Source of the DNA: Octopus bimaculoides
Lineage: Eukaryota
Direction: 5' to 3'
DNA length: 64,000 bases
Assembly: GCF_001194135.2 (NCBI RefSeq)
Contig: NC_068998.1
Coordinates: forward strand, 374,456 to 438,455
This document shows, piece after piece, positions 25,230 through 37,657 of the stretch (the first letter of the stretch is position 1; every line of letters starts with the position of its first letter). The notes under the pieces are model-generated. The model did no database searches. It was given only the letters and a program-made list of their open reading frames with translations, and was not told the DNA's origin. The translations under genes were made by a program, and so were the position numbers.

Positions 25230-25600
25230 ATTATTCCTCTGCTATCCAACCAAACTTTGGAAGCTCTTGGTGCTCTTCTTTTAGTAAGAGGTTTGGTCAT
25301 TATCACACGTTTGGTTCTTCTTGATAAATGGTTTTGGAAACTGTTTGCTGCATTTGTTGTCTTCCAAGCAAAATGAATTCCTGTTGAAGTCAGAACAGGA
25401 ACCAGAAACCTTCTTAGCAATACTGAGCACCTCTTTCTTCCTGCAAGAGTCTGGAAGCTCTGCAGATGAACTGGAATTACTTTGCTTGGTGTGAGTCTGA
25501 TAGGTTCATTAGATCAAAAAAGCATGCATGGGACAAGTTACCTCTTTTTGCTGAGGCATTAACGGTGGAAATAATTATTTGGAGTAAATTGCTCCTTGGA
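25230..25600 (-). mobile_element. Decayed Helitron Rep (HUH endonuclease) fragment
   Basis: Minus translation with a frameshift: AKRGNLSHAC (cf. QKRGLPHAH, Rep HUH motif; 25521-25550), SAELPD, and CLEDNKCSKQFPKPFI (cf. PCMxDGKCSKRFPKxF; 25321-25370). Confidence 0.7.
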
Positions 25601-26104
25601 ATAAAACAGATTATATATGGCCTCAGCTGAAATTTACTTCAGCATCCGCAAAATTTCCTAATATTTACAACCGGCTTTTGTATTTCTGCCATAATGAAAC
25701 CAGTTTATCCCACCACCTCCTCTGATCATATTCACACATCATTTAATGCCTGCAGAAAACATTAAATTTAGAAATAATAAATTCCCATCTTATAGTCTTT
25801 ATAACTATAACATATATAAGTGTATATATAAGCGCTCCACACTAAGAAAAGCATTCATCATTTGTCGTTGTTGCTCACAACAATGTGTTGTCCCTACACT
25901 ATGGGACCTGTATACAGCCAAGTGGACTGTTGTTGTTAAAAATATGAATACCCTAAGCACAGTTGCTGTGATATGTCATAAACCATTGATCTCCCAGTTA
26001 GAGCACCGATTACTCTGCATACTAAATCTTTCTATTAATGAATTCAGTGCTTGAAGCTCTTCACGTTTCTTCCCATTTATTTGAGGGACATTCAACTCTT
26101 GTTT

Positions 26105-26330
26105 CATTGAACCTGTGGCATTCAGATTCCTCTGTCAAATGTTTATGGTTTTTCATTCATTTTGTCATGAATTAAACAGATTCTGGTATCTTGTGGCTTT
26201 GAGATTTCAGTGATGTAATTATGTTTGGGATGGCATTGTAGAGAAAGTGTGAAAAGCTGGATCTGGCCAGTTTGAATATAAAATTGGTAGAATATTTGGG
26301 CATAGCTTGTTTAAATACTAAATGGTAAAT
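26105..26330. mobile_element. MITE-like DNA transposon remnant
   Basis: gcattcagatt..tctgtcaaatgt...ctggatctggccagtttgaa..aaa..ggtagaatatttggg...tttaaatactaaa.ggt, with degenerate terminal inverted repeats. Recognised by eye as a dispersed cephalopod-type repeat. Confidence 0.5.
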
Positions 26331-27737
26331 CTACAAATCATTTAAAACATTAGATTAAGTACATAATTTAATTCAGGCAAAAGGAATTTTGATTGAGATT
26401 TCAAAGAAATAAAATCAATGTAAAATGATTTGGTTGTAGGGTCTACTCAATTTGGGAATAAGGTCTACTCTGTTTGGGGGTAGAGTCTACTCTATTTAGG
26501 GGTGGGAATCTACCCAATTTGATAAAGTACCAACTTTTAGCTGAAATCAATGATGTAAGATTTCTACAATTTTATTTTTCTAACTTGAATGGTTCTTGTC
26601 CTTCTGCCAAAAACATTAAAAGATAGTTAGACGAAGAATATTTATTCTGTGGATCCCCTGCCAAAATTTCCATGACTGAGGTCTCATACACAATATTAAT
26701 CAAGAATAGAGTGTAAAAAGGAAAATATCAACAAAATGTTGACTGTTAACCCTTCGATTTGCTTTATATTCATCTAAATGTTTTCCCCGACACTTAGAGT
26801 TCATGACAGCAGTAATAAATATATCCACTTGCCAATCATTGCCATACTAAAGCTTGTTAAAATGTTTACTTATAGTTCCATTGAACATATGTAAGTTCAG
26901 AGCTACAACTAGCCAAGTTATTTGAGATTATTGCCTGTGTATTTGGCCAAGAAGCATCACCTTGAAATACTTCAGTTCCTCAATATCTCACCATGTGGCT
27001 CATTGCTGATGGTAGGGTGGGGTAGTGCCAGTTTAATTAACAATTGATTCATCCATTTGATAGAATCATCCACTATACCTCAGTCACCCAGGTGAGCTAC
27101 CCTCACCCTAACCCTATCATAAAATGGTTTGTGTGTTTCAGTGACTGCAGGGTTTACCTATGTAATAGCTGTGTTGTTTGTTTTTTTGTTTGTTTGCAAA
27201 ACTGAGGTGTTACACCACGTTTTATAGGTGGGTGTTAATCTTGCCTGGTGTGATAAGGTTTGCTTTGTTCATTCTAAATCTCATATTTTTACCTAATTAG
27301 ACCTTAAGCATTTAATTACTGTGACTTGGTTATCTCTTGCTTAACCCACAGCCAACGACTTGGAATTGTTCACAAGGAATGTTGATAGTATCAAACTCCC
27401 CACCGTGGGAGGGGGGGCTCTATAGATTAGGATCACAAACCCTTCTACAAGACCAAACCTTAAAAAATAAAATCCAGAGCATCAGACATATGTGTATGTG
27501 TGTTATTGTGTGTGTGTGTGTGTGTGCATATAAGAATGTGCATGTTTGTGTGTGTGTGTGTATTCATTATGTATTCATGTGTATATGAGTTGTTTTACAG
27601 ATTTTTATGGCTTAGCTGAATCTTTTTGAATGTCTGGTTTCCTCAATCTTTTATGCAAGAATTTTCATACGTGTGTGTGTGTGTGTGTATACATATGTAT
27701 ATATTTACATACATATAGACGTGTGTGTGCATATATA

Positions 27738-27783
<46 letters not shown>

Positions 27784-28729
27784 CACACAGACATACATAA
27801 CATACATATATCTGAAATGAAGCATAAATATGTAAAACAAATCATAGGATTCACACACACACACTCATTTAGTGACACTATTAACAGTGCACACACACAC
27901 ACACACACACACATTTTACATAAGCCAGTATCAATGCAGCATAAAAAATGCACTTAACTGCATGTACACATGCAGACAGTGCATACACTGAAGGCCTACA
28001 TTGCTGCACATGTTTATGCAGTCAATGTATGTATAACAATGTTGATGATGATGATGATGATGATGACGTTATCTTCAAATTGTCGTATATTCATGTTGAA
28101 CACAATTCCAAGAATAAAATCTTACTTTCTGTCTAATTTTATCTATTATTTCTGAATTATCATCATCATCATCATCATCATCGTTGTTGCTGTTGTTGTT
28201 GTTGCTCTAACTTGACTACATCTTATTATCCACCATTTTTTCTCCTTCTCCTTCTCATGTAGTTTATACAACTCTCTCTTCTCTCAATAGAATCTCTCTT
28301 CTTTTTATATATGTGTGTCCATTTGTTCATGTAGAGAACAACACATACACATGTGCATAGATATATGCATTCATGCAGTATATATCTGTGTACATTTATT
28401 CTTTGACATAACTCTACAATATTATTAGTAAGTGTGGATGTATGTGTAATATATATATATATGTATGTATGTATATGTATTATATATCTGTGTTACACAC
28501 ACACACACACACATACATGTAAAGCAGCCTAGTGCAGCATGGTGCTGTTGGAGAAGGTGATGAAAGAAAGAGAAAGAGTTGTTTGAAAACGGATTCACGA
28601 CAGGATTCTGTTGAATGGAGTTTGGCTTTGGCCCAGGAAAAGGCACCATTCATGTCATATTTCTCTTCAAGAGAATCACAATGGTTAGTAATGGAGCCCA
28701 TTGCTCAGTGTTTGTCAGCGTGGAGAAGG

Positions 28730-29465
28730 AATTCCTGCAATGTGATTTGGTGGTCATTAGTGAAACTAGGGGCACATAAATAGCTCATAAGGGCCCTACA
28801 AGTTATGTATGAAGGGACAAGAGAAAGAAATAGGGAGGAGAAGGAAGAGAGACTGGATTAAGGAATGAAGCTGGTATGCTCTGCTAGATGTACAACAGAG
28901 TATTGGTATATTGAGAGAGAAGTTGGGCGCAAGAGGAATTGGATGCAGTGTGGAAGAGAGGAGACTGTGCTGGTTTGGTCATGTGATGCAAATGGATGAA
29001 GACAGTTGCATAAAGAAGTGCCAGTCACTTAAAATGGATGGAATTTGTGGAAGAGGGAGACCCCAGGAAGACATGGGATGAAGTAGTGAAGGCTGGTCTC
29101 AAAATGCTGAACCTTCCAAAGATGACAGGGGACTCTGATATGTGGTGCATTGCTGTGCTTGAGACGACCTGCTCACCACAACAGAATTGAGATCCTAAAA
29201 CCAAGGTGCCACATAAAGAGCATTGGTGTGGGTGCTGGTATCACATAAAAAGCACTGTGGATGGTACCACGTAAAAGGCACCCTGTACACTCTGTTGAGT
29301 GGTTGATGCTAGGAAGGGCATCCAGCCATAGAAACCAAGCCAAAACAGACAGTTGGAACCTGCTGTGGCCACTGGCCTTACCAGTTCCTGTCAAGTTGTC
29401 CAACCCATGCCAGAATGGAAAAGGGACATTAAACAATAATGATGTTGATGATGATGGTAGTGATG
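28730..29465 (+). mobile_element. Internally deleted RTE-clade LINE (RT fragment + C-terminus + family C 3' tail)
   Basis: VIWWSLVKLGAHK*LIRALQVMYE (RT), then RRLCWFGHVMQMDEDSCIKKCQSLKMDGICGRGRP, then the family C tail ending (GAT)n. Confidence 0.85.
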
Positions 29466-29479
29466 CTAATGATATCTGT

Positions 29480-29640
29480 ATATCTATATATATGAAGGAC
29501 TTCCACACAGTTTCCAGCTATGAAATTCACTCACAAAGCATTGGTTGGCTTGGGACTATAGTAGAAGACACTTAGTCAAGATGCTGCAGAGAGGGACTGA
29601 ACCTGAAACCGTTTTGTCGATCAGTTTCCTAACCACTTTT
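29480..29640 (-). mobile_element. tRNA-derived CORE-like SINE (family B)
   Basis: Reverse complement reads ...ggttcagtccc...cttgactaagtgtcttctactatagtcc...gtgagtgaattt..agctggaaactg. Confidence 0.7.
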
Positions 29641-29943
29641 GCCAACAAATTACAAATTTATTTGCTGTTTACCCATTTCTTTTTTTTTAAAAGGCTTATG
29701 AAAGTTTGAATTAAATAGAAATACATAAATGTAACATATGTTATGTAAAAGATACAGCATGTGTGTGTGTGTGTGTGTGTGTATACACACACATAATGCG
29801 TATGATATATATACACACACACACACATATATACAGTATCTGTAAAAGACATCTAATACGTGTAATGTAAATATATAACATATATATCTATTAGTGTGTG
29901 TGTATGTGTACACACACAATATATGTACTTATGCAAGTGTAAT

Positions 29944-29984
<41 letters not shown>

Positions 29985-30006
29985 NNNNNNNNNNNNNNNN
30001 NNNNNN

Positions 30007-30051
<45 letters not shown>

Positions 30052-30871
30052 ACGTACATGAAACCTGACTGACTGTCTTCTGCCAGTCCATCTTATCTGC
30101 TTATCTGCTTCACTTAAAGTTTTTCTTCTATAAATCTTCCTCTGTAATTATCTCCTGCCTTATTTTCATGTACTTTTAATGGAATACCTCCATTCTTTGA
30201 TATTGATTCTTGCCAATTGTTGTTTAGCTCGACCGAAAGTCTGTCTCACAAGGAATCACTATTCTCTTAGTTTGCCAAATTTTCTGCAATGAAATTATGT
30301 CAGTTTTTAGATTGGCGTTCATTGAGGAATAAACAACCTCATCTTAATATATTACCAAATTTTAGACAAGTTGGCATCGGCTAAAGTAAGGGTATTAGTA
30401 TTTTTCGTAGCAGAATACCAAAATCATGCTCCCTACGTTCCATGCATTTCCTGCTTCTTAATGCAGTTTGTCTCCAAGAGTATTATCAATATCATCTTCT
30501 TTTCCTTCTTCTAAGAACTATCATCATCATCATCATCATCATCGTTGTTGTTGTTGTTATTTATAGAACCATTCGTGTGTTGGAAGAATTGCTGCATTTG
30601 TTGATTCTTTACATTTTGAGTTCAAATCCTGCTAAGATCAACTTTGCTCTTCTCTCCCTGGGATCAATAAAATAAGGGGCCAGTCAAGAATAGTTAAAAA
30701 AACAGAAGTGACACACACATACATACATACTGTAAGTGTTGTAAAATATAATAAAAATATATTTTACCCTGTGCAAACATTATGTAATACAAACCTCAAA
30801 GGATGGTTGAAATGAATAGATGTGTTTATTATATCCAGAGTTGACAGTCTACGTGTTTCACCCCAGGCTAG

Positions 30872-30912
<41 letters not shown>

Positions 30913-31120
30913 TCCATAACCTATCACAACTAGTCACATCAATTCTTTATGACACCATTCTGAGATATTTATTAACTTTATAGCATTCTACCTTTCCTTT
31001 TGATATTTCAAAATGTATTTTGCAATATAAATTTCAATAAATTTAGACATTATGTTTCATCAATACACTTCTACAGTATATCTATATTAATATATAATAC
31101 AACATCATTTATATATCTAC

Positions 31121-31124
<4 letters not shown>

Positions 31125-31202
<78 letters not shown>
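31125..31202. repeat. (TA)n microsatellite (one of dozens of TA/CA/GA/CAT/CAA tracts in the window)
   Basis: Direct reading. Confidence 0.95.
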
Positions 31203-31219
<17 letters not shown>

Positions 31220-32016
31220 ATAAATACATATCAACAATATTTTGGGCAATATATTCCTGCCGTGCATTTCAAATCCTATTTCAAACTGTCTCCTACCCAC
31301 CCCCACACTCCTCACTCTGTTCCCCTTGACAAATCATTTCAGCCGAACTATTTACTAAATATAATAATTTTACTTTAATTCCATTAGCACAACTTGTATT
31401 TCATAGTTTTAACTTTGACACCTTGAACATTGATGTCTCCAGGGGATTCACAGAATTTGGTAATATCTGAAGAAATCTTAGCACAGATCTCTGCTTCGGG
31501 CTGTTGACGTGACTGCAATAACCTTTGATAAAAGTCCAGTTTTATCAACTCCACCACCCAATTAGTCTGAAATGAATTTGATTCCATTCCTTGGAGTTGG
31601 TTGATCTCAGTGGGTTGAAGAAACGTCGGTGTTGTGCAAGGAAAAAAAAACATTCTTGGATGCTTTCTTGTATTAATCTCTACTCATTACTTATATGAAT
31701 GTATGCCTGTTTGTGAGTGTATATGTGTATATGGATGTACACACACACACACACACACTTTATATATGTTTGTTTACACATACATGGTCACATGCACACA
31801 CCCTTTGACATGATTTTAAAACTGTCTCTGAATGTTATGAAGTAATGAAGGAACCTGAAGAATCTTCAATGGAAACGGATTAGACTCAAACCTATTTGTC
31901 TCTTCAACACTTTTGAAAGGCAGCCTGTTTCCTCTATATGTACGTGCGTGTGTGTGTATATTTTCAATTCCCCTGTGCTAACCATGGTAAGCAGTGTGGT
32001 CAAGACTTGATACTTT

Positions 32017-32019
32017 AGA

Positions 32020-32111
<92 letters not shown>

Positions 32112-32117
32112 AAGAGA
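32017..32117. repeat. (GA)n microsatellite
   Basis: Direct reading; lies about 160 nt upstream of the candidate cassette exon. Confidence 0.95.
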
Positions 32118-32274
32118 GTTAAATCTGAGAAATTCTTGAATTGGTTGTTAGGAATAAAAGTAATTGAAGCAAAGCAAACGTTTGTAATGAGAAGCAACTT
32201 CGGTTAAGGAAGAGAATTGTGAGTATAAAGCGGGAAAAAGCTGTGTAAATGATGTTTGTTTGTTTCCTTTGTAG

Positions 32275-32319
32275 TGAGCAGCCTTCTTCTGTATTGCACT
32301 CCTCAAGTAGAGACATTAG
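32275..32319 (+). CDS. Candidate 45-nt cassette exon of CASK (VSSLLLYCTPQVETL, phase 1-1)
   Basis: gtttgtttgtttcctttgtAG acceptor and consensus AG|GTAAGT donor. Length is a multiple of 3, and it is stop-free in the phase required between exons 20371-20461 and 44005-44126. Confidence 0.4.
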
Positions 32320-32547
32320 GTAAGTTGGATGTTACTCAAGGTCAACTAAGTATCACTTGTGCTACTGCACTCCTTGTGATACTCCTTGTAGAGAGTAGTG
32401 GCCTTTTTAGGTTTAGATTGTAGTTATTGGTGTTGTTGTAGTTGTTGATGTTGTTGTTGTTGTTGCTGATCTTGTTGTTTCTGTAGAGGATGTTTACTGC
32501 ATTTTGTTCCATGTAAACATAGCTCTGTTAAACCAACCACCACCACC

Positions 32548-32581
<34 letters not shown>

Positions 32582-33599
32582 TCATCATCACTGTCTGTCT
32601 GTCTGTTGTCATTCTCAATGTTATTACCTTCACCATATTAATGTTGTTTTCTGCCCCGGTTGGGGTTAGGCTCAGATATTTGATGTTTGCCAAACCCTTT
32701 GCAAGGTGTCACATCATCTTCATGTCCAATCTAGCTTGCAGCATTTCTTTCTCTGTAGATGCACTCAGCCTTTCTTCACTCAGAATGGATCTTCTGTATA
32801 CACTTCCCATATACACCCATATTCTCAACACACATTGAAATTCTAAAGAATAAAATATTTCGAATGACACAACAATGCACAACAATACAACCAATGGACC
32901 AGAAGAACTGTTGTAATTTAATCCCCCACCCCCTTCCCAGCCATAAACTCGTCCTACAGTAATTCGGTTGATTGTCCTCTCTATACAACACTCTTTAATT
33001 ATGCCTCTTGTCCTTACAACTTCATTAGATATATTTATTAATTAAACTCTGTTACTTATATAAAATAATATTTTTGCTTTGTTTTAGAATTGTTTTGCTT
33101 TTCCTCCTCCCATCCTCCTCCTCTGCTGCCGCCATAACTGAAATGGTTTCAGTGAATTTGTCAATTCAAATTGTTGGAATCAATAATTATTCGGTTGATT
33201 AGTGGTCACATTATATCTGGTCGCTCAACTGTGAAGAGGAGGGACATGTTTTGTGTGAACCACTGAAGCAAACCATACTTTGTCCAAAGACACAAAACTT
33301 TCATTAAAATGTAGAGGAAGTGTATAGTTGAAGTTGTATAAATCAGTGTTTAGAATGTGTTGTTGGTTGCAGAAATTCAATAATCGTTAATGAAATAATG
33401 AATCACTGCAGGAGTCTCTACATGTGCCCACTTTACTTGTTAGAAATAACAGCTAAAACTTTCTGCTTGAAAAAAAATAAATGACATTGGTTAATGTAGT
33501 CCTAGATAGACATGTCCCAATAAAAGATCTGATGGAGATGGCATGGATGTCTTCCATCATAGACCTGTTGGAAGAGGAATAAAGTAGCATTTAGTAACA

Positions 33600-34205
33600 A
33601 CAACAACAACACCTAGTGACATCTCTTTGTGGTGTTAATTATCTTCACGAAGACTCAGTTGCGACAATGAAGCTGAACACTTTATGGAAAAGTAATTCCA
33701 TTTGGTTTCCAACAAGACTCGGCATCTACAAGTCCCTGGTGACTTTGATCTTTCTCTATGGGTGTGGGAGCTGGACTCTTACAGCTGACCTGGAGGGAAG
33801 AATCCAGACATTTGAGGCCCAATGCTTCAGAAGGGCTGTTTCCCATCCTGTACATAGAACACAGAATGAACAGCTTTGTAAAGCAGCAATTCAACAAACG
33901 GCTTGGCAGACATGGACCATCCCTTGCTCATGTAAAAAGATGAAAGCTTGCTTGGTATGGTCATATATCCTTCTACAGCTCCTTGTCCCAAACCATTCTT
34001 CAGGGCACAGTTTATGGTGGGGTTGAAGAGAGGCAGACAGAACATCCTGGTCTGACAATAAGGACTGGACAACATTGCAAACTTGTTATGTACTACAACA
34101 GGGAACAGAGACCCCTGTGATGACAGTTGAGTGCAAAAGCATCTAAAGTGGCACCCCAACAACTAGCTGCATCAATTAAGAGATCTTGATGATGATGATG
34201 ATGAT
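33600..34205 (+). mobile_element. 5'-truncated RTE/BovB-like LINE (third family)
   Basis: LNTLWKSNSI...IYKSLVTLIFLYGCGSWTLTADLEGRIQTFEAQCFRR (RTE YGCESW motif), ending in a (GAT)n tail. Confidence 0.85.
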
Positions 34206-36233
34206 ATCTATGTGAAGAGTTTTTTTTTTCAAGTTGTTTCAGCAGTTTACATGACTGGGATGACTGACTTCAGATATAAGGGGACTTTGGATATAAAGAC
34301 ACCCCAGATATAAAGACACCCCAGATATAAAGAGATGACTCTTTGCAGAGTTTTGCTGCCTTTCCAGTGAATAACAAAGTTATTCAGAGAGAGCTGATTG
34401 GATGAAGTATTCTTAGTAATGGCAGCACATTACCAATATTTTACTGATCAGGTTGGAAGATGTGATGTAGGAAACTGACCCCAGTATGTTTCTGGTATTA
34501 TTTTCAATGCCAAACAATGACTATGACCCACATGAGACTTGAGCTCTGACCAACATGGAGTGAAACTAAATGTTGTAAATTATTCCAGTCAATGTTTTAT
34601 TGGTTCGATCGCTTCTATTGATCACTGTTTAAATCAATAATGTTGAACTGAACTAAGAAGGGCAAATTCAAATTCAATGAATTTGTTTCTGTGTTTGTTC
34701 TTATATAATGGACATCACCTGGGATGTTTATGGTGATGGTGGTGGTGATGATGATAGCTGAAAGATCCTCTGTAATGGATTGATAGTAACCAAATCAGAA
34801 TTAGGCTTAGAGAGACTTTGAAATAAAGTAGTTTAGACGAACAAAGAGTCAAAGCTAGAACAGGACGAATACGCCGTCTGCTGCTTGTTCCAACCAATGA
34901 CTGTCAATTTCAGTAAAGCTGGATTAGGAATGTCAATTCTTATGATGGACGTTCACAAGTCTGTCTGTTGGTTTGCTAAAACATTAATTGGCAGCCATAT
35001 AGCTATAATTACTTAGCCTAATTTATAGATTACTTAAGTTAATTACTTAATTTACCTTTTTAGATTTATTAACAAATGGGAGAGCATCTGGAGAAAACAT
35101 TATTTATCCAATAACTTGATCTCTTTATGATGAGTTTAAATATATTTATGGAAGTCTGTGAACCACTTTGAATGGGAAAGGCTGAGCAGGACAGCCACTA
35201 AAAATAGATAAGAATTGGCTGGGGTTTAATAGAGAAACTCTGGTGATTGATGTAGTTAAGTATTGAAGAGGAGGAAAGAAAAATACCATGGCCATCACTG
35301 GCAAGTGATAGTCACCTGGTAGCATGTTTTCGTTAATTGTTTTAGGGGTCATGAACAGATGGAGAGCTCTTCTCCGTCTTCCTAACCAACCGAATATCCT
35401 GGATGTGACAGTTGGGTGTGGTGGGGAAAGAGAAAGGTGGCTGCACCAGTACTGGACTGTTACTTCTTTTGTAACTGACTGAAGCAATGAGAAAATGAAG
35501 TGCCTTGCTCAAGGGCAGAATATACTATCCAATCTAGTGATCAAACCTTAAGGTTGTGAGCCCAACCCTTAACTGTGAGGCCATGTACTAGATTATGTAG
35601 CTTCATTGAGGATCATGACTGGAAATCAGACAATAACTGCTGTTTGTGACAATATTTCAACACCAGTAATGTTGGTTTTAATATTGGTAATATAATGAGC
35701 CAAAGAAATTTTAATTAAAATTATGAGGATTCTTTAGGTTGAAGCAATCCTACAAGTGCTGGGAGGACAATAAAATACACATTGTAGTTCCTGTAAAGGG
35801 GTTTCTGGATGAACGGAGTGAAGGTAGGGTAGCAAGAGCTTTTTAGTTGTAATGGGGACAAGACAACTTCTCGATAAAGTTGGTAGTGTTAGGGCAACCA
35901 GTTGAGGATGGCAGGCTAAGCATGTAATATATGACAAAGCTATGGTCTCTGATGTGCACAGGAGATTAGTGACTCCAAATAATAACTAACTGTTATGTTC
36001 CTTCCAACCCATGCCAACATGAAAAAGTAGATTTAAAAAGATGAAGATGACATTTTTAGTGGAGAGAAAAAAAAAATCATTATTTCAGGACCAATCTTGT
36101 TTAGGAAATATAAAGGAGACAACTCTATATTTAAACAAGAATATAGTAAGGAATACCCCTCTTTCTTAGCAGGACATTTTTGGATGTCATTGAAGCATTT
36201 TATCCAGCACCCTAACAATTCTGGCAGCTTGCC

Positions 36234-36234
<1 letters not shown>

Positions 36235-36285
<51 letters not shown>
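36235..36285. repeat. (CAA)17 microsatellite
   Basis: Direct reading; no splice signals link it to CASK. Confidence 0.95.
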
Positions 36286-36286
<1 letters not shown>

Positions 36287-36545
36287 AATATGGGAATATT
36301 GTGCTTCTTTGTCTTTTTATGCAAACTGTCAAATTTAGCCTGAAGACACTGTGTATGTATGTATGCATGCATAGATGTATATATATATATATATATATAA
36401 TAATTTTCGCAGAGGATGTAGCAACCGTTACCAATATAGCATAAGAACTTNNNNNNNNNNGGATGTAGCAACCGTTACCAATATAGCATAAGAACTTACC
36501 TTAGGAGATCATTAATTAGATTCCTTAAGGGTCGTTCTCACAGTT

Positions 36546-36668
36546 TATATTTATATCATAAGGTTTTTAAACTTTTAAATTTTCATATTTCGATATATCG
36601 AATTTGAAGTCTCTGTCTCTTTTGAATATGAAAATTTAAAAGTTTAAAAACCTTATGATATAAATATA
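36546..36668. repeat. Perfect 44-bp inverted repeat with 35-nt loop
   Basis: 36546-36589 pairs without mismatch to 36625-36668. A 14-nt palindrome, TTCGATATATCGAA (36589-36602), overlaps the loop. Confidence 0.95.
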
Positions 36669-37626
36669 TATATATATATATATATGTATGTTTGTATAAA
36701 CATACATGCATGCACATACACACACACACAGGGAAGAGACATAAGTTAATAACCAAGGCAAACATCATAAACATTGTCTGTCTGGACAATCCTAGTTGAG
36801 AGAACCCGATATTCCTTGATTGATGGAGTTTCATTTAGAATTTACATTTAAAATTGAAACTAAAATTTTAACAACAATGAAAATATTATTATTTGACATT
36901 ATCTATTGAGGGGTGAGGTTCATGGGTGGATAGGATCTGCAGTGGTTACTTGTGTAATTGTGTTGGGGAAAAGAAAAAGACAAGAAGATATTGCTGAATT
37001 TTTTCCCACCTTAAAACACACATTGTGTGTATATATATGTGTATGTATGTATATGTGCATATGTACGTAATGTTTGTTTGTGTGTATGCATGTGTGTATA
37101 TCTACAATATATGTATATGTATGTCATTGCTGAAAAGATTCCATGTCTGATTTCTTTATTTCTCTCTTCCCACTCCTCCCAAAGAGCCATTTTCTCCACA
37201 ATATTTTGTTCAATAACTTATCTCTTATTTTTTGTTCATCATCATCATTATTATTATATGTATATTTCATATATGTATATATTTTATATATGTATATTTT
37301 ATACATCTACAGTGTATATAGATTCATTAATATATGTGTATTATATATATATATATATCATATACACATATACAGACACACACACTTATGTGTGTGTGTC
37401 TGTGTGTTATTTTTACTGCTGTTATTTTTCTCCAATACTTTTGTTTCTTTTAGTATTTTTCCTACATTTTTTTTGTTTATTTTTTCCGTTCTTTGGCAGA
37501 GATTTTAACTCACTCTTTCTTCATCTTTCATTTTCAGTTATGTCCTCTGCCAAATATACTTTGAGAAAGACTTAGACATTCCTTGCTTCTCTTTGAACTT
37601 TCCACTTTCTCTGACTGACACACACA

Positions 37627-37657
<31 letters not shown>

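Noticed and set aside
32249-32319. MMFVCFLC... ORF as an alpha-type first exon
   Set aside because: Also a pyrimidine-tract translation, and it ends in phase 2, out of frame with exon 44005.
34897-34918. ATG ACT GTC AAT TTC A|GTAAAG as a phase-1 first exon for an L27-start isoform
   Set aside because: Only five codons and a modest donor; expected by chance in a 23-kb intron.
36414-36497. Exact 37-bp direct repeat
   Set aside because: The two copies sit on either side of a 10-N gap, the signature of an unmerged contig overlap.
37027-37575. 182-aa ORF and the many YI/CV/HT/RE/SL-repeat ORFs
   Set aside because: Translations of TA/CA/GA microsatellites and T-rich low-complexity DNA.
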